DNA from: Candidatus Latescibacterota bacterium
GTDB lineage: Bacteria; Latescibacterota; UBA2968
Direction of reading: 5' to 3'
NCBI GenBank assembly: GCA_965205975.1
Contig: OZ242195.1
Span: 4,640,001 to 4,704,000 of the forward strand
DNA: 64,000 bases
Position 1 is the first letter of the stretch. Each line of letters opens with the position of its first letter. Below the pieces are notes generated by a model. The model had not been told where the DNA came from and made no database searches. It saw only the letters and a list, made by a program, of their open reading frames with translations. Of the stretch, positions 26,632 to 35,460 are shown one piece after another. The translations under genes were made by a program, and so were the position numbers.

Positions 26632-26943
26632 ATGACCAGTGAAAAGACAAGTGTGCGGATATTTCTCGAAGAACAGTTGAAAGATCGAGAAGTCGCGGAA
26701 TCATTCTACCAGGGCCTTGATGAACTGAGGCTTGCAGTTAAAATTGCCCAACTGCGCAAGCAACGCGGATTGACGCAAGCGCAATTGGCAGCGAAATTGG
26801 ATACCAGTACACCGGTCATTAGCCGATTGGAAAACCGGGGAAACTGTACCATCAGCACCTTAAAAAAAGTCGCCGCAGCCCTGGATGCAGTTGTGCAAAT
26901 TGACATCGTGTCTAAAGAAGAGAGCGCAATTCAAAAAACGTGA
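26632..26943 (+). CDS. XRE/HTH antitoxin (HigA-like)
   Basis: IAQLRKQRGLTQAQLAAKLDTSTPVISRLE; directly follows the toxin. Confidence 0.85.
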   Translation: MTSEKTSVRIFLEEQLKDREVAESFYQGLDELRLAVKIAQLRKQRGLTQAQLAAKLDTSTPVISRLENRGNCTISTLKKVAAALDAVVQIDIVSKEESAIQKT

Positions 26944-26986
26944 ATCTTTTCCTCCCAAATTCCAATTTAAGTGCAACAGGAAAAAG

Positions 26987-27021
26987 AAAACGCCCCAGCA
27001 TTGTTGTGCCGGGGCGTTTTT
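26987..27021. terminator. Bidirectional intrinsic terminator
   Basis: AAAACGCCCCAGCA...TGCCGGGGCGTTTT. Confidence 0.75.
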
Positions 27022-27159
27022 GTGTATCAAGTAAACCAATTCCCAAAGGATTTTTCTGTTTATTGGCTCAATTTTATGTGACGTTGTGCTGCGGATCGCG
27101 GATGGGGCATTGCCTATGTCATTTGTTAAATCTTTATTTGCTTCAGATCACTCAGTATA

Positions 27160-27876
27160 TCAAAAAGCCTCTTGGTGCGCCTTTACGAGATCGGCCATGC
27201 TATTGAATTGAAAATTGTAGTTTGGCATTTCGTCCGGGTCTCTGGTCGCGCCGAAGCCTTCTTCATTGGAGCGCCTGTATATCCAACAGGTGGCGAGTCC
27301 GTTTTTGTTCGCGGGTATGTGATCGTGGAATAGGCTTTCTGCGGTGTGTAGTATTTCCGATTTTTCAATGTCGAGCGACTTGAGGTGTTCCAGCATGTAT
27401 TTGAAGTTTCTATCCGCAGGTTTGTACGATCCTATGTCTTCCGCCGTGTATATTGCGTCAAATTCAACACCGAGACGGTCGTTGCTGTATTTAAAGCTGT
27501 TGTTATCGACGTTGGACAGGATTACGAGTTTGTAGTGCTTTTTGAGATATTGTAGCGCGTCGGGAGAATCGGAAAACGCCGGCCATTGTTTTATCGATTG
27601 ACCATAAACGGTGCACTCATCGGGTGTGACGGCGATGCCCCATTCTTCGGCGAGGCGTTTATATACGATGGCGAGGAGTTCGGAATAGCGCATGCCCGGC
27701 GTCCAGGCTTGTTGTGTTGATTCGTGTCGCGCGTGTGTTTGAAGAATTTCATTGCGCGACAATTTTCGTTCGACCTTTGATAAAAGCGGCTCCAGTCCTT
27801 TGATCATCCCGGTTTCCCAGTCGATAAGCGTGCCATAGCAATCGAATGTCAGGACTTTGAAATCGGTGAGTTTCAT
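27160..27876 (-). CDS. Haloacid dehalogenase type II (HAD)
   Basis: LTFDCYGTLIDWE, LSNVD, YKP, AESLFHD; start uncertain (27876 or 27891). Confidence 0.85.
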   Translation of the reverse strand: MKLTDFKVLTFDCYGTLIDWETGMIKGLEPLLSKVERKLSRNEILQTHARHESTQQAWTPGMRYSELLAIVYKRLAEEWGIAVTPDECTVYGQSIKQWPAFSDSPDALQYLKKHYKLVILSNVDNNSFKYSNDRLGVEFDAIYTAEDIGSYKPADRNFKYMLEHLKSLDIEKSEILHTAESLFHDHIPANKNGLATCWIYRRSNEEGFGATRDPDEMPNYNFQFNSMADLVKAHQEAF

Positions 27877-27881
27877 GTTTT

Positions 27882-28589
27882 TCAATAACACCCCAGTTGA
27901 TCGGCGAGGTCGTGAAAGTCATGGGCTATGATGTCGAAGTCCAAATCGGGGGGTAAGTCTTTTTTGGCGTTGAGACCCCGTTCGCAGGGTCGGAATACAT
28001 AAGCCGTTTTCATGCCGACGCGCGCTGCGTGGTGCAGGTCGCCCTGATGGGCGGCGACCATCATGACTTCTTGGGGTTCACAACTGAGCAGTTCGATGGC
28101 TTTCAAATAGGTCTCGGCGTCGGGTTTGTAATGTCCGGCCAATTCGGCGGATAAGATGCAATCCCAGGGCAGTCCGCCGTATTTCGCCATGTTGGCGAGT
28201 AGCGATACGTTGCCGTTTGATAGTGTGGCGATCAGGTACCGCGATTTTAACCGCCATAAGCCGCCTGGGGCGTCGGGCCAGGGGTCGAGGCGATGCCAGA
28301 CGCGATTGAAGTCCGCGATTTCTTCTTCGGATAATCCCGAGATGCCGAATTTTTTCAGGAGTTCGTCCAGGATCATGCGGTGCAGGTCGTCGATTTTTGT
28401 CCAGGGCAATTCGCCCGTGCGCACGCGGTTCATCGATGGACCATAGCCCCCGCGCCACGCATCGGCAAATGCAGTCCAATCTATGTCCAATCCCTTGCGC
28501 TCGCCTAATCGCTCGCCGTCTCGGATGACGGAACTGCGCCAATCAACTACTGTGCCGAATACGTCAAATGTCAATGCTTTGATTGTCAT
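27882..28589 (-). CDS. Haloacid dehalogenase type II (HAD)
   Basis: FDVFGTVVDWR, LSNGN, YKP, MVAAH. Confidence 0.88.
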   Translation of the reverse strand: MTIKALTFDVFGTVVDWRSSVIRDGERLGERKGLDIDWTAFADAWRGGYGPSMNRVRTGELPWTKIDDLHRMILDELLKKFGISGLSEEEIADFNRVWHRLDPWPDAPGGLWRLKSRYLIATLSNGNVSLLANMAKYGGLPWDCILSAELAGHYKPDAETYLKAIELLSCEPQEVMMVAAHQGDLHHAARVGMKTAYVFRPCERGLNAKKDLPPDLDFDIIAHDFHDLADQLGCY

Positions 28590-29687
28590 CTAAGGTACCG
28601 CGCCCACTGCTTTGTTCAAAGCTGGCATTAGTTCACGGGCGAATAATTCCATGCTGTATATCCAACTATCTTTGTCGTCCCAGTCGTAGCCCATGAGTAC
28701 CAGAGTGCCAAAGGGTCCGGTTTCCTCGAACAGAGCCAGCAAGCGACGCAGTGCTTCATCGACGTCGCCCGCAATGATCTGTTCGGTCATCAAATAGTCC
28801 AGATTGCACTCGGAGTCGGGCATGTCCAGATCGCGCTTGTACACCTGGCGCCCCAGGCCCTTGTCGAATAGACGTCCGATGTATTCGTAATTTTTTGCCA
28901 GAGAATTGTTCCGCGCCTTTTTTACAGCCTCGGCCGTGGTGTCGGCCAGAAAGATTGAACGGGCGATTTTCCAGTCGGTTCGCTGCGGTTGCCGTCCCGC
29001 CTGCAGGGCACTCTGCTCATAGATCTGCCAGTTGTCGGCCACCACATTGCCCGCTATCAGGCAGGCGGAAAAGGGCTGGAAGCCGCGCTCGCCAGCTGTT
29101 TGCATGCTGTGTGAGTTGCGGCTCATTCCCGGCATAGAAATGGGCGGGTGGGGCTGTTGAAAGGGTTTGTGGATGAAGCCGATCTGGGTTTCTTCGTCAA
29201 TATTGTCTTTGAGCTGGAATTGCCAGTATTTCCCCCGGTGCTCATAGGGTGGATCCGATGTCCATAGGTTGAGGATGGCGTCAATGGCTTCCCCGGTCAT
29301 TGCGCCGCCCGATTTGGGATCCAGGCCGTACAGTTCCTGGTCTGAGGTGACACTGCCCGGGCCAAAGCACAGATTGAGCCGACCTTTGGCCAGGTGATCC
29401 AAAAAAGACAGGCGACTGGCGACATAGGCGGGATGGTGCAGGTTCAAACAGACCGGTGCCGGTCCCAGGCGGATGCGCTGGGTTTCGCCCAGGGCGCGTC
29501 CGATGAAAATTTCGGGCGTGACAATGGTCTCGTATTTCATGGTGTGGTGTTCGCCGATCCAGAATTCATCAAAGCCCAGTTCCTCGGCTTTGACAACGAG
29601 TTCCAAATCCTCGTCAAATCCCTGACTCAACGGTTTGTCCGGGGCGTGGAAGGGCATGATGAACATACCGTATTTGATTGGTTCCAT
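28590..29687 (-). CDS. Luciferase-like (LLM) flavin-dependent monooxygenase
   Basis: FIMPFH, AEELGFDEFWIGEHH, LDHLAKGRL, KPFQQPHPPI; AAGGAG RBS before MEPIKY. Confidence 0.88.
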   Translation of the reverse strand: MEPIKYGMFIMPFHAPDKPLSQGFDEDLELVVKAEELGFDEFWIGEHHTMKYETIVTPEIFIGRALGETQRIRLGPAPVCLNLHHPAYVASRLSFLDHLAKGRLNLCFGPGSVTSDQELYGLDPKSGGAMTGEAIDAILNLWTSDPPYEHRGKYWQFQLKDNIDEETQIGFIHKPFQQPHPPISMPGMSRNSHSMQTAGERGFQPFSACLIAGNVVADNWQIYEQSALQAGRQPQRTDWKIARSIFLADTTAEAVKKARNNSLAKNYEYIGRLFDKGLGRQVYKRDLDMPDSECNLDYLMTEQIIAGDVDEALRRLLALFEETGPFGTLVLMGYDWDDKDSWIYSMELFARELMPALNKAVGAVP

Positions 29688-29767
29688 GGAGGTGCTCCTT
29701 CCTGCGGATTTTTTTATCCTGAAAATCCTTTCATCACTAGATAAAACCCTTCCCGTGCAGGCTCTTA

Positions 29768-30475
29768 TCATCCTGATCCGTATTTGTTCACGATTACCAG
29801 ATCAGCGGTCTCGGGGTGGATGAATTTTACGAGTAGCGAGACGCGATTGTCTTCGTCTAACAGGTTCCAGAATACATCGGCGGTTTGCTGTATGTCGTCG
29901 AATAATTCGACGGCATAAGGCTCCCCTTTGAATGAGGGCAGGGGATTGCCGTCGTCTGTGTATGTTGTGATACAGTGGCCCGTGCCGGGGATCGCGGTTT
30001 CATAGTCGAAGAATTGGCGCGAACAATAGCGCGCATCGCCGCCAACGGTTTTTAAGACTGATAGCCGATAGGCCTGAGAATCGCCCAGGTCGGTAAGGCC
30101 AGAGATGCGCGGTGTAAAATTGGGGATGTCGGGTTCATAAGTGCGCGTTTTCAGGGCTGATTCAAACGAGCCACCGTTTTGCAGGGTATGGACAATGGTG
30201 TCGGTTTGATCGCCATTTGTGACGATATGCGCGTTGCCCAGTACGCGGATGGGATAGTACATGGTCAGCGGATCGATGTCATGGGATTTATCTACGGTGT
30301 CGGTTTTTACCGCGTCGCCTTCTCGCACAAATACGCGGTTGCGGCTGCTGGGACTGCGTCCCATGATCCAGTAGATTTGAACCATACATGTGCCATCGGG
30401 CGTTTGTCCTATTACAATACCACGACCGGGATAGGTGGCGTTTTTTAAGCGATTCATGTCGGCATCTATGGTCAT
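29768..30475 (-). CDS. IMP cyclohydrolase-like protein (PurO-type Ntn fold)
   Basis: YPGRGIVIG, YWIMGRSPSSRNRVF, IVTNGDQTD, YEPD.PNFTPRISG. Confidence 0.75.
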   Translation of the reverse strand: MTIDADMNRLKNATYPGRGIVIGQTPDGTCMVQIYWIMGRSPSSRNRVFVREGDAVKTDTVDKSHDIDPLTMYYPIRVLGNAHIVTNGDQTDTIVHTLQNGGSFESALKTRTYEPDIPNFTPRISGLTDLGDSQAYRLSVLKTVGGDARYCSRQFFDYETAIPGTGHCITTYTDDGNPLPSFKGEPYAVELFDDIQQTADVFWNLLDEDNRVSLLVKFIHPETADLVIVNKYGSG

Positions 30476-33324
30476 TTTGCCGTCACCCCTTCTTCTGGCA
30501 ATAGGACGAATCGCGCGTAGTTTTCCAGATTGAAATATTGCTGTGTCGCTTTTTGTACGTGTTCTGCTGTGAGTTTTTTGATGACTTCGTCTTCATACGT
30601 CAACCACGCCATCAAGTCCATCTCATTCTGGTAATACGTACTCAGCGTATTGCGCCAGTAACCGTTTTCTTTTTTGTTGGTTTCCCGCCCCCGCAGATCC
30701 ATTTCGGTCACTTTGTCGATGTAGGATTGTTCGACGGGCTTTTGTTTCATGCTGTCGATTTGGGCAAAGACGAGTTGCGTCAATTCTTCCAACCGTTCGG
30801 GATCGCATCCAAAGCTGATTGAGATGCTGTATCGGCCTTCGGGCCAACGCGAGCGAGATGTGCGCACGCCAACGCCGTACGTGCCGCCCTCGTCTTCTCG
30901 GAGTACTTCCCGTAGTTTTATCTGCAAGACATCGCCCATTGAGCCATAGACATATCGCTTAAAGCGGTCGTTGTAATCAAAAGGTCCGGTGAAAATCAAA
31001 CGCGTCTGACTTTTGGGTTCTTGTCCCCGTTTCACGGTTTTTTCAATGACGCCTTTTGGTGCTCTGACGCCTGTGTCGCGCCAGGTTTCTCCGCGGTTGA
31101 GTGCGGGTAATCCGCCGAGATAGGTTTCTATTAGCGGTTTTATTTTTTCTGGTTCAAAATTGCCGACAAATACGAATGTGAAGTCACTGGCATCGGCAAA
31201 TCGGTCTTTGTAAAATGCCAGCGATTTTTGCAGGTCCATTTCCCCCAGTATTTTGTTTGAGAGCGGGCGCGATCTGATATGGTATTGAGACATGGTAACT
31301 TGTATCGTATCGGAATAAGCTGTCGTTGGTCTCATATCCCGGTTTTGCAATATGCCTCGATAGCGGTCCAGGAGTGCTTGAAATGCCAGTGAGTCTGCAC
31401 GCGGTTCCGTGAAGATGAGATAGATGAGTTGAAACATGGTTTCTATGTCTTCGGGAGACGCGCTGCCCGATACGCCTTCGCTGAGGCTGCTGATGCGGGG
31501 CGACACGCGCACGACTTTGCCAGCGAGTTTTTTATTGAGTTCAATTTGATTGAATTTGCCCAGCCCGCTTTCCATTATGGCCGATGTCGCTGTGGATGCC
31601 GCCATGTAGTTTTCGTCACTTGATAGAGAATGACCGCCCGGGCTGAAGGATGTGAACAGGATTTCGTCGTTTTTGAAGTCCGTGGGTTTCATGACGACTT
31701 TTACCCCATTGCTCAATGTCCATTCTGTGACGCCAAAGGTGTCGATTGATGTTTCGCGTACGACCTTGCCCGGCGTTGGCATATTCGCGATGAGGGGGTC
31801 GTCGGATACATCTTCTTGATATGGTTCAACCTCTTTTTGCTGGACTTCGTTGATTATGGTTAGCAGGTCAGCTTCGGAAGGTACAGGTAGGCCATCTTTT
31901 TCGGGTGCGCTGACGACAATGACGCGGTTTATGTCGGTGATCCATTCGCCGACGAGGCGGTTGATTTCTTCGACTTGAATGCCGGGGAGTAATTCACGAA
32001 ATAAATCGCGTTCGATTTCAATACCCGGAATGGGTTCGCCTGTCAAAATGTGACGGATGTATTCCGATGCAAAACCGCGCGAACGGCGTCTGTCGCGTTC
32101 GCGATAAGATTGTTCGATGCCCCGCAACATGTTGGTTTTTAAGCGATCTACTTCGGGTTGCGTAAATCCATGGCGTTGGACGCGAATAGCTTCTGTTAAG
32201 ACGGCTTCCAGGCCCCGTTCAATTCCCCCTTCTTTGACACCTGCACCCAGGATATATGCAGCTTTGGTTCTGACGAGGTTTCCACGGCTGGAGCCTGCGC
32301 CAAGAAATGGCGGATTGGGTTTTTTGGTCATTTCTCTAAATCGCTGATTGAGCATGCTGTTAAACATGTTGCGAATGAGCATGCTGCGATAATCTTCTAC
32401 TGTTCCTTCGGGCGCGACATCCTGCATAAAATAAATAGAGATGGAAGACTGCGAATTTTCCGGGTCGGTTGCGATTGCAAAGAGGGTCTCACCGTGGTCG
32501 GGAACCGTATAGGCAGCTCGCGCGCGGGGATTATCCGCTTTTGGTATCGGGTCAAAGGTTTTTTTGATCAGGGTTTCAATCGCGTCTGTTTCAAAGTCTC
32601 CCACTGCAATGACTGCCATGAGGTCAGGGCGATACCAGTCGCGATAAAAGCGCGTGAGGGATTCGTGCTTAAATGTGTCGAGCAATGCTTTTTGGCCGAT
32701 GGGCAAACGCTCGGCATAGCGCGAGTCTTTGAGTAAGACTGGCAATTGTTTGTCGCTCATGCGCGCTCTGGCTCCGCGTCCCGAACGCCATTCTTCTATG
32801 ACCACACCTCTTTCTTTTTCGATTTCTTCGGGATCAAATTTTACCCGATGCGCCCAGTCGCCCAGAATGCGAAATGCTTTTTCCATTACTTCGGTGCTGT
32901 CTGTGGGCACGCGAAGCATATAGACGGTCTCGTCAAAACTCGTGTAGGCATTTAAGTGCGCACCAAAGCGCATGCCAATACTTTCGAGGAAATCGATTAT
33001 TTCCTGTTTGGGAAAGTTGGCCGTGCCATTAAATGCCATGTGTTCGGCAAAGTGCGCCAGTCCCTGCTGGTCTTCGTCTTCCAGAATGGATCCCGCATTG
33101 ACTACGAGGCGCAATTCGGCGCGGTTTTCCGGTCGTTTATTTTCCCGGATTACGTAGCGAAGCCCATTTGCCAGTTCGCCCGTTCGCACAGCAGGGTCAA
33201 TGGATAGGGTGGGTGATGGTGGTTGAGGGGCTGGTGGTTGAGGTGTTTCAACTTCTGTCTGTGTTGTTGCACACGAGGTTATGACACACGCGCAGCAAAG
33301 GAGGATAAGATAGTTCCTGATCAT
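30472..33324 (-). CDS. M16 family zinc protease (PqqL-like), probable lipoprotein
   Basis: GLAHFAEHMAFNG (HxxEH), NAYTSFDETVY, LREDEGGTY; lipobox-like ITSC. Confidence 0.9.
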   Translation of the reverse strand: MIRNYLILLCCACVITSCATTQTEVETPQPPAPQPPSPTLSIDPAVRTGELANGLRYVIRENKRPENRAELRLVVNAGSILEDEDQQGLAHFAEHMAFNGTANFPKQEIIDFLESIGMRFGAHLNAYTSFDETVYMLRVPTDSTEVMEKAFRILGDWAHRVKFDPEEIEKERGVVIEEWRSGRGARARMSDKQLPVLLKDSRYAERLPIGQKALLDTFKHESLTRFYRDWYRPDLMAVIAVGDFETDAIETLIKKTFDPIPKADNPRARAAYTVPDHGETLFAIATDPENSQSSISIYFMQDVAPEGTVEDYRSMLIRNMFNSMLNQRFREMTKKPNPPFLGAGSSRGNLVRTKAAYILGAGVKEGGIERGLEAVLTEAIRVQRHGFTQPEVDRLKTNMLRGIEQSYRERDRRRSRGFASEYIRHILTGEPIPGIEIERDLFRELLPGIQVEEINRLVGEWITDINRVIVVSAPEKDGLPVPSEADLLTIINEVQQKEVEPYQEDVSDDPLIANMPTPGKVVRETSIDTFGVTEWTLSNGVKVVMKPTDFKNDEILFTSFSPGGHSLSSDENYMAASTATSAIMESGLGKFNQIELNKKLAGKVVRVSPRISSLSEGVSGSASPEDIETMFQLIYLIFTEPRADSLAFQALLDRYRGILQNRDMRPTTAYSDTIQVTMSQYHIRSRPLSNKILGEMDLQKSLAFYKDRFADASDFTFVFVGNFEPEKIKPLIETYLGGLPALNRGETWRDTGVRAPKGVIEKTVKRGQEPKSQTRLIFTGPFDYNDRFKRYVYGSMGDVLQIKLREVLREDEGGTYGVGVRTSRSRWPEGRYSISISFGCDPERLEELTQLVFAQIDSMKQKPVEQSYIDKVTEMDLRGRETNKKENGYWRNTLSTYYQNEMDLMAWLTYEDEVIKKLTAEHVQKATQQYFNLENYARFVLLPEEGVTAK

Positions 33325-33347
33325 GATATTCCCTTCTTTTTCAGTTA

Positions 33348-34685
33348 TTACTCCGGACGCCAGATCGCATCCAATTTGCGATGTGTAAATGTTTTGGCAT
33401 TTTCGCCGATGTAATCGCCTGCAATATGTCCTTCACCTGTTACTACGTATTTGTAGATGACGAGACCTTCGAGACCTACGGGTCCGCGGCTGTGCAGGCG
33501 GTTGGTGCTGATGCCCACTTCGGCGCCGAGGCCATATCGAAATCCGTCGGCAAATCGGGTTGACGCATTGTGCAGGACCGATGCCGAATCCACGGCTTGC
33601 AAAAATCTCTTCGCGGCTTGTTGGTCTTCGGTTACGATCGAATCGGTGTGGTGGCTGCTGTATTCATTGATGTGGGCGATTGCTTCTTCGACCGAATCGA
33701 CGGTCTTGACCGATAGGACGTAGTCGAGGTATTCGGTTGACCAGTCGCTGTCACTGGCCGGGGTCAGGGCATCTGCGCTGGCGGCGAGGTCCAGGGTGCG
33801 GGCGTCGCCGCGGATTAGAACGCCCTGGTCGGTGAATTGTTGAATTGCCGTGGCGAAGAAGTTTCTGGCAATTTCGGCGTGTACGAGCAGGGTTTCGGCG
33901 GCGTTGCAGGCGGCTGCGTACTGCGTTTTGGAGTCGATGGCGATACGTACGGCTTTTTTTAGATCGGCGTCCTTATCCACGTACACATGGCAGATGCCGT
34001 CGGCATGCCCCATGACGGGGATTTTGGTGTTGTCCATGATGTATTGCACGAGTTCATTGCCGCCGCGCGGGATGATCAGGTCGATGAGGTCGTGTAGTTC
34101 GAGAATGCCCGCGACTTCTTCTCGCGCTTCCAGAAGGTGCATCCATCCTTCGGGGATGCCGTCCAGATCAGCCGTTGCAGCGACCATAATTTCGGCCAGT
34201 GCGCGGTTGGTGTGAAATGCTTCGCTGCCGCCTTTGAGCATGACGGCGTTGCCGGATTTTAGACATAGTGTCGCGATTTGTACCAGCGCGTCGGGGCGCG
34301 ATTCAAAGACCACGCCGATTACGCCGATTGGGACGGTTACGCGATAGAGGTTGAGGCCTTCGTCCAATTCGGTCGCGGCCTGCGTTTTGCCAATGGGGTC
34401 TTCCTGGGCTGCGACACTGTGAACGCCAACTATTATTTCGCTGTCCAGCTTTTCAGCATCTACTTTCAGGCGCTTGATTAGCGGGAGGGTGATTTTCCCC
34501 TGTGCCAGCATTTTTTCTGCTGCTGCCTGATCGCGTTTGTTAGCGTCTAAAATGCGGTCGCGATTTATATGCAATGCCTGTGCTATGGCCTCGAGCGCGA
34601 CATTGCGCTGTTTTTCCGTTGCCTGACTCAATGTTAGAGCAGCCTGCCGCGCAGTTCTCGCCGCAGCTTTGATATCATCTGCCAT
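33348..34685 (-). CDS. proA: Gamma-glutamyl phosphate reductase
   Basis: VPIGVIGVVFESRP, LKGGSEA, IIPRGG, ACNAAETLLVH, NASTRFADG, RGPVGLEGL. Confidence 0.97.
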   Translation of the reverse strand: MADDIKAAARTARQAALTLSQATEKQRNVALEAIAQALHINRDRILDANKRDQAAAEKMLAQGKITLPLIKRLKVDAEKLDSEIIVGVHSVAAQEDPIGKTQAATELDEGLNLYRVTVPIGVIGVVFESRPDALVQIATLCLKSGNAVMLKGGSEAFHTNRALAEIMVAATADLDGIPEGWMHLLEAREEVAGILELHDLIDLIIPRGGNELVQYIMDNTKIPVMGHADGICHVYVDKDADLKKAVRIAIDSKTQYAAACNAAETLLVHAEIARNFFATAIQQFTDQGVLIRGDARTLDLAASADALTPASDSDWSTEYLDYVLSVKTVDSVEEAIAHINEYSSHHTDSIVTEDQQAAKRFLQAVDSASVLHNASTRFADGFRYGLGAEVGISTNRLHSRGPVGLEGLVIYKYVVTGEGHIAGDYIGENAKTFTHRKLDAIWRPE

Positions 34686-34743
34686 GTTTCCTCCTGATTA
34701 GCTCTCGCTTTGGACTAAAAAATTTATCGCAATGAATAGGCTT

Positions 34744-35112
34744 TCAAACCAGATCCATTCCTTCCTTTAGTGCTTGAAGAACAAAAGCATTTTTAGACAT
34801 TCGCATCGCGTCCAGTTCGGTACGTGTGTACGCAAAAATATCTACGCTGATCCCGACATTTTTGGGGACATAATAGACACTGCGTTCTCGAAATGATAGC
34901 GCACTTTCTCGTAGCACGAGCAATACATCGGCATCGCTTCCGGGAACAGCATCACCACGGGACAAAGAGCCGAATAGAACTGCGCGCTCAATCTCGGGAT
35001 GCCGGGTCTTCAGTATTTTCATCGCTTTCCGAATCCGTTGGATCGTCTTTGGGCGGTTCAAATAGAAAACCCGAACAGAAGGTGATGATTTTTTTGGCGT
35101 TTGATACAGCAC
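34744..35112 (-). CDS. Minimal nucleotidyltransferase (MNT) antitoxin
   Basis: LFGSLSRGDAVPGSDADVL; likely GTG start at 35112 with AAGGAGA RBS inside the HEPN gene. Confidence 0.8.
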   Translation of the reverse strand: MLYQTPKKSSPSVRVFYLNRPKTIQRIRKAMKILKTRHPEIERAVLFGSLSRGDAVPGSDADVLLVLRESALSFRERSVYYVPKNVGISVDIFAYTRTELDAMRMSKNAFVLQALKEGMDLV

Positions 35113-35446
35113 GATCCGCCTCTCCTTGCGTATAGTATTCAAATGGCGCGCCCTGGGGGTGCGAATTGGGATACCGCGCCGGGATATAATGTTTGTCCAA
35201 CTCTTTTGCCGCATCTAATAGGGCGTCGTCGAGTGGAGAACTATCGGGCAAAGCCTCTAATAGTGCCGCAACAGAATGCCCCCAGGCGACGGCACCGACT
35301 TTTTGAAAGACTGCCTTAACAGCTTTTTCAGCACCTTGCTGAGCGGCAAAGCAGGCCCATTCATAATCGCCATGCTCTGTTGCTCTGCGAGCGTGGGCCA
35401 GGTCGCGTTCCCCCTGTCTAAACCAATCTGCGTGCCGACTTGCCAT
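34988..35446 (-). CDS. HEPN domain protein (HEPN-MNT toxin)
   Basis: YEWACFAAQQGAEKAVKA, WGHSV, LDKHYIPARYP. Confidence 0.88.
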   Translation of the reverse strand: MASRHADWFRQGERDLAHARRATEHGDYEWACFAAQQGAEKAVKAVFQKVGAVAWGHSVAALLEALPDSSPLDDALLDAAKELDKHYIPARYPNSHPQGAPFEYYTQGEADRAVSNAKKIITFCSGFLFEPPKDDPTDSESDENTEDPASRD

Positions 35447-35460
35447 GTTTTTTCCCTATG

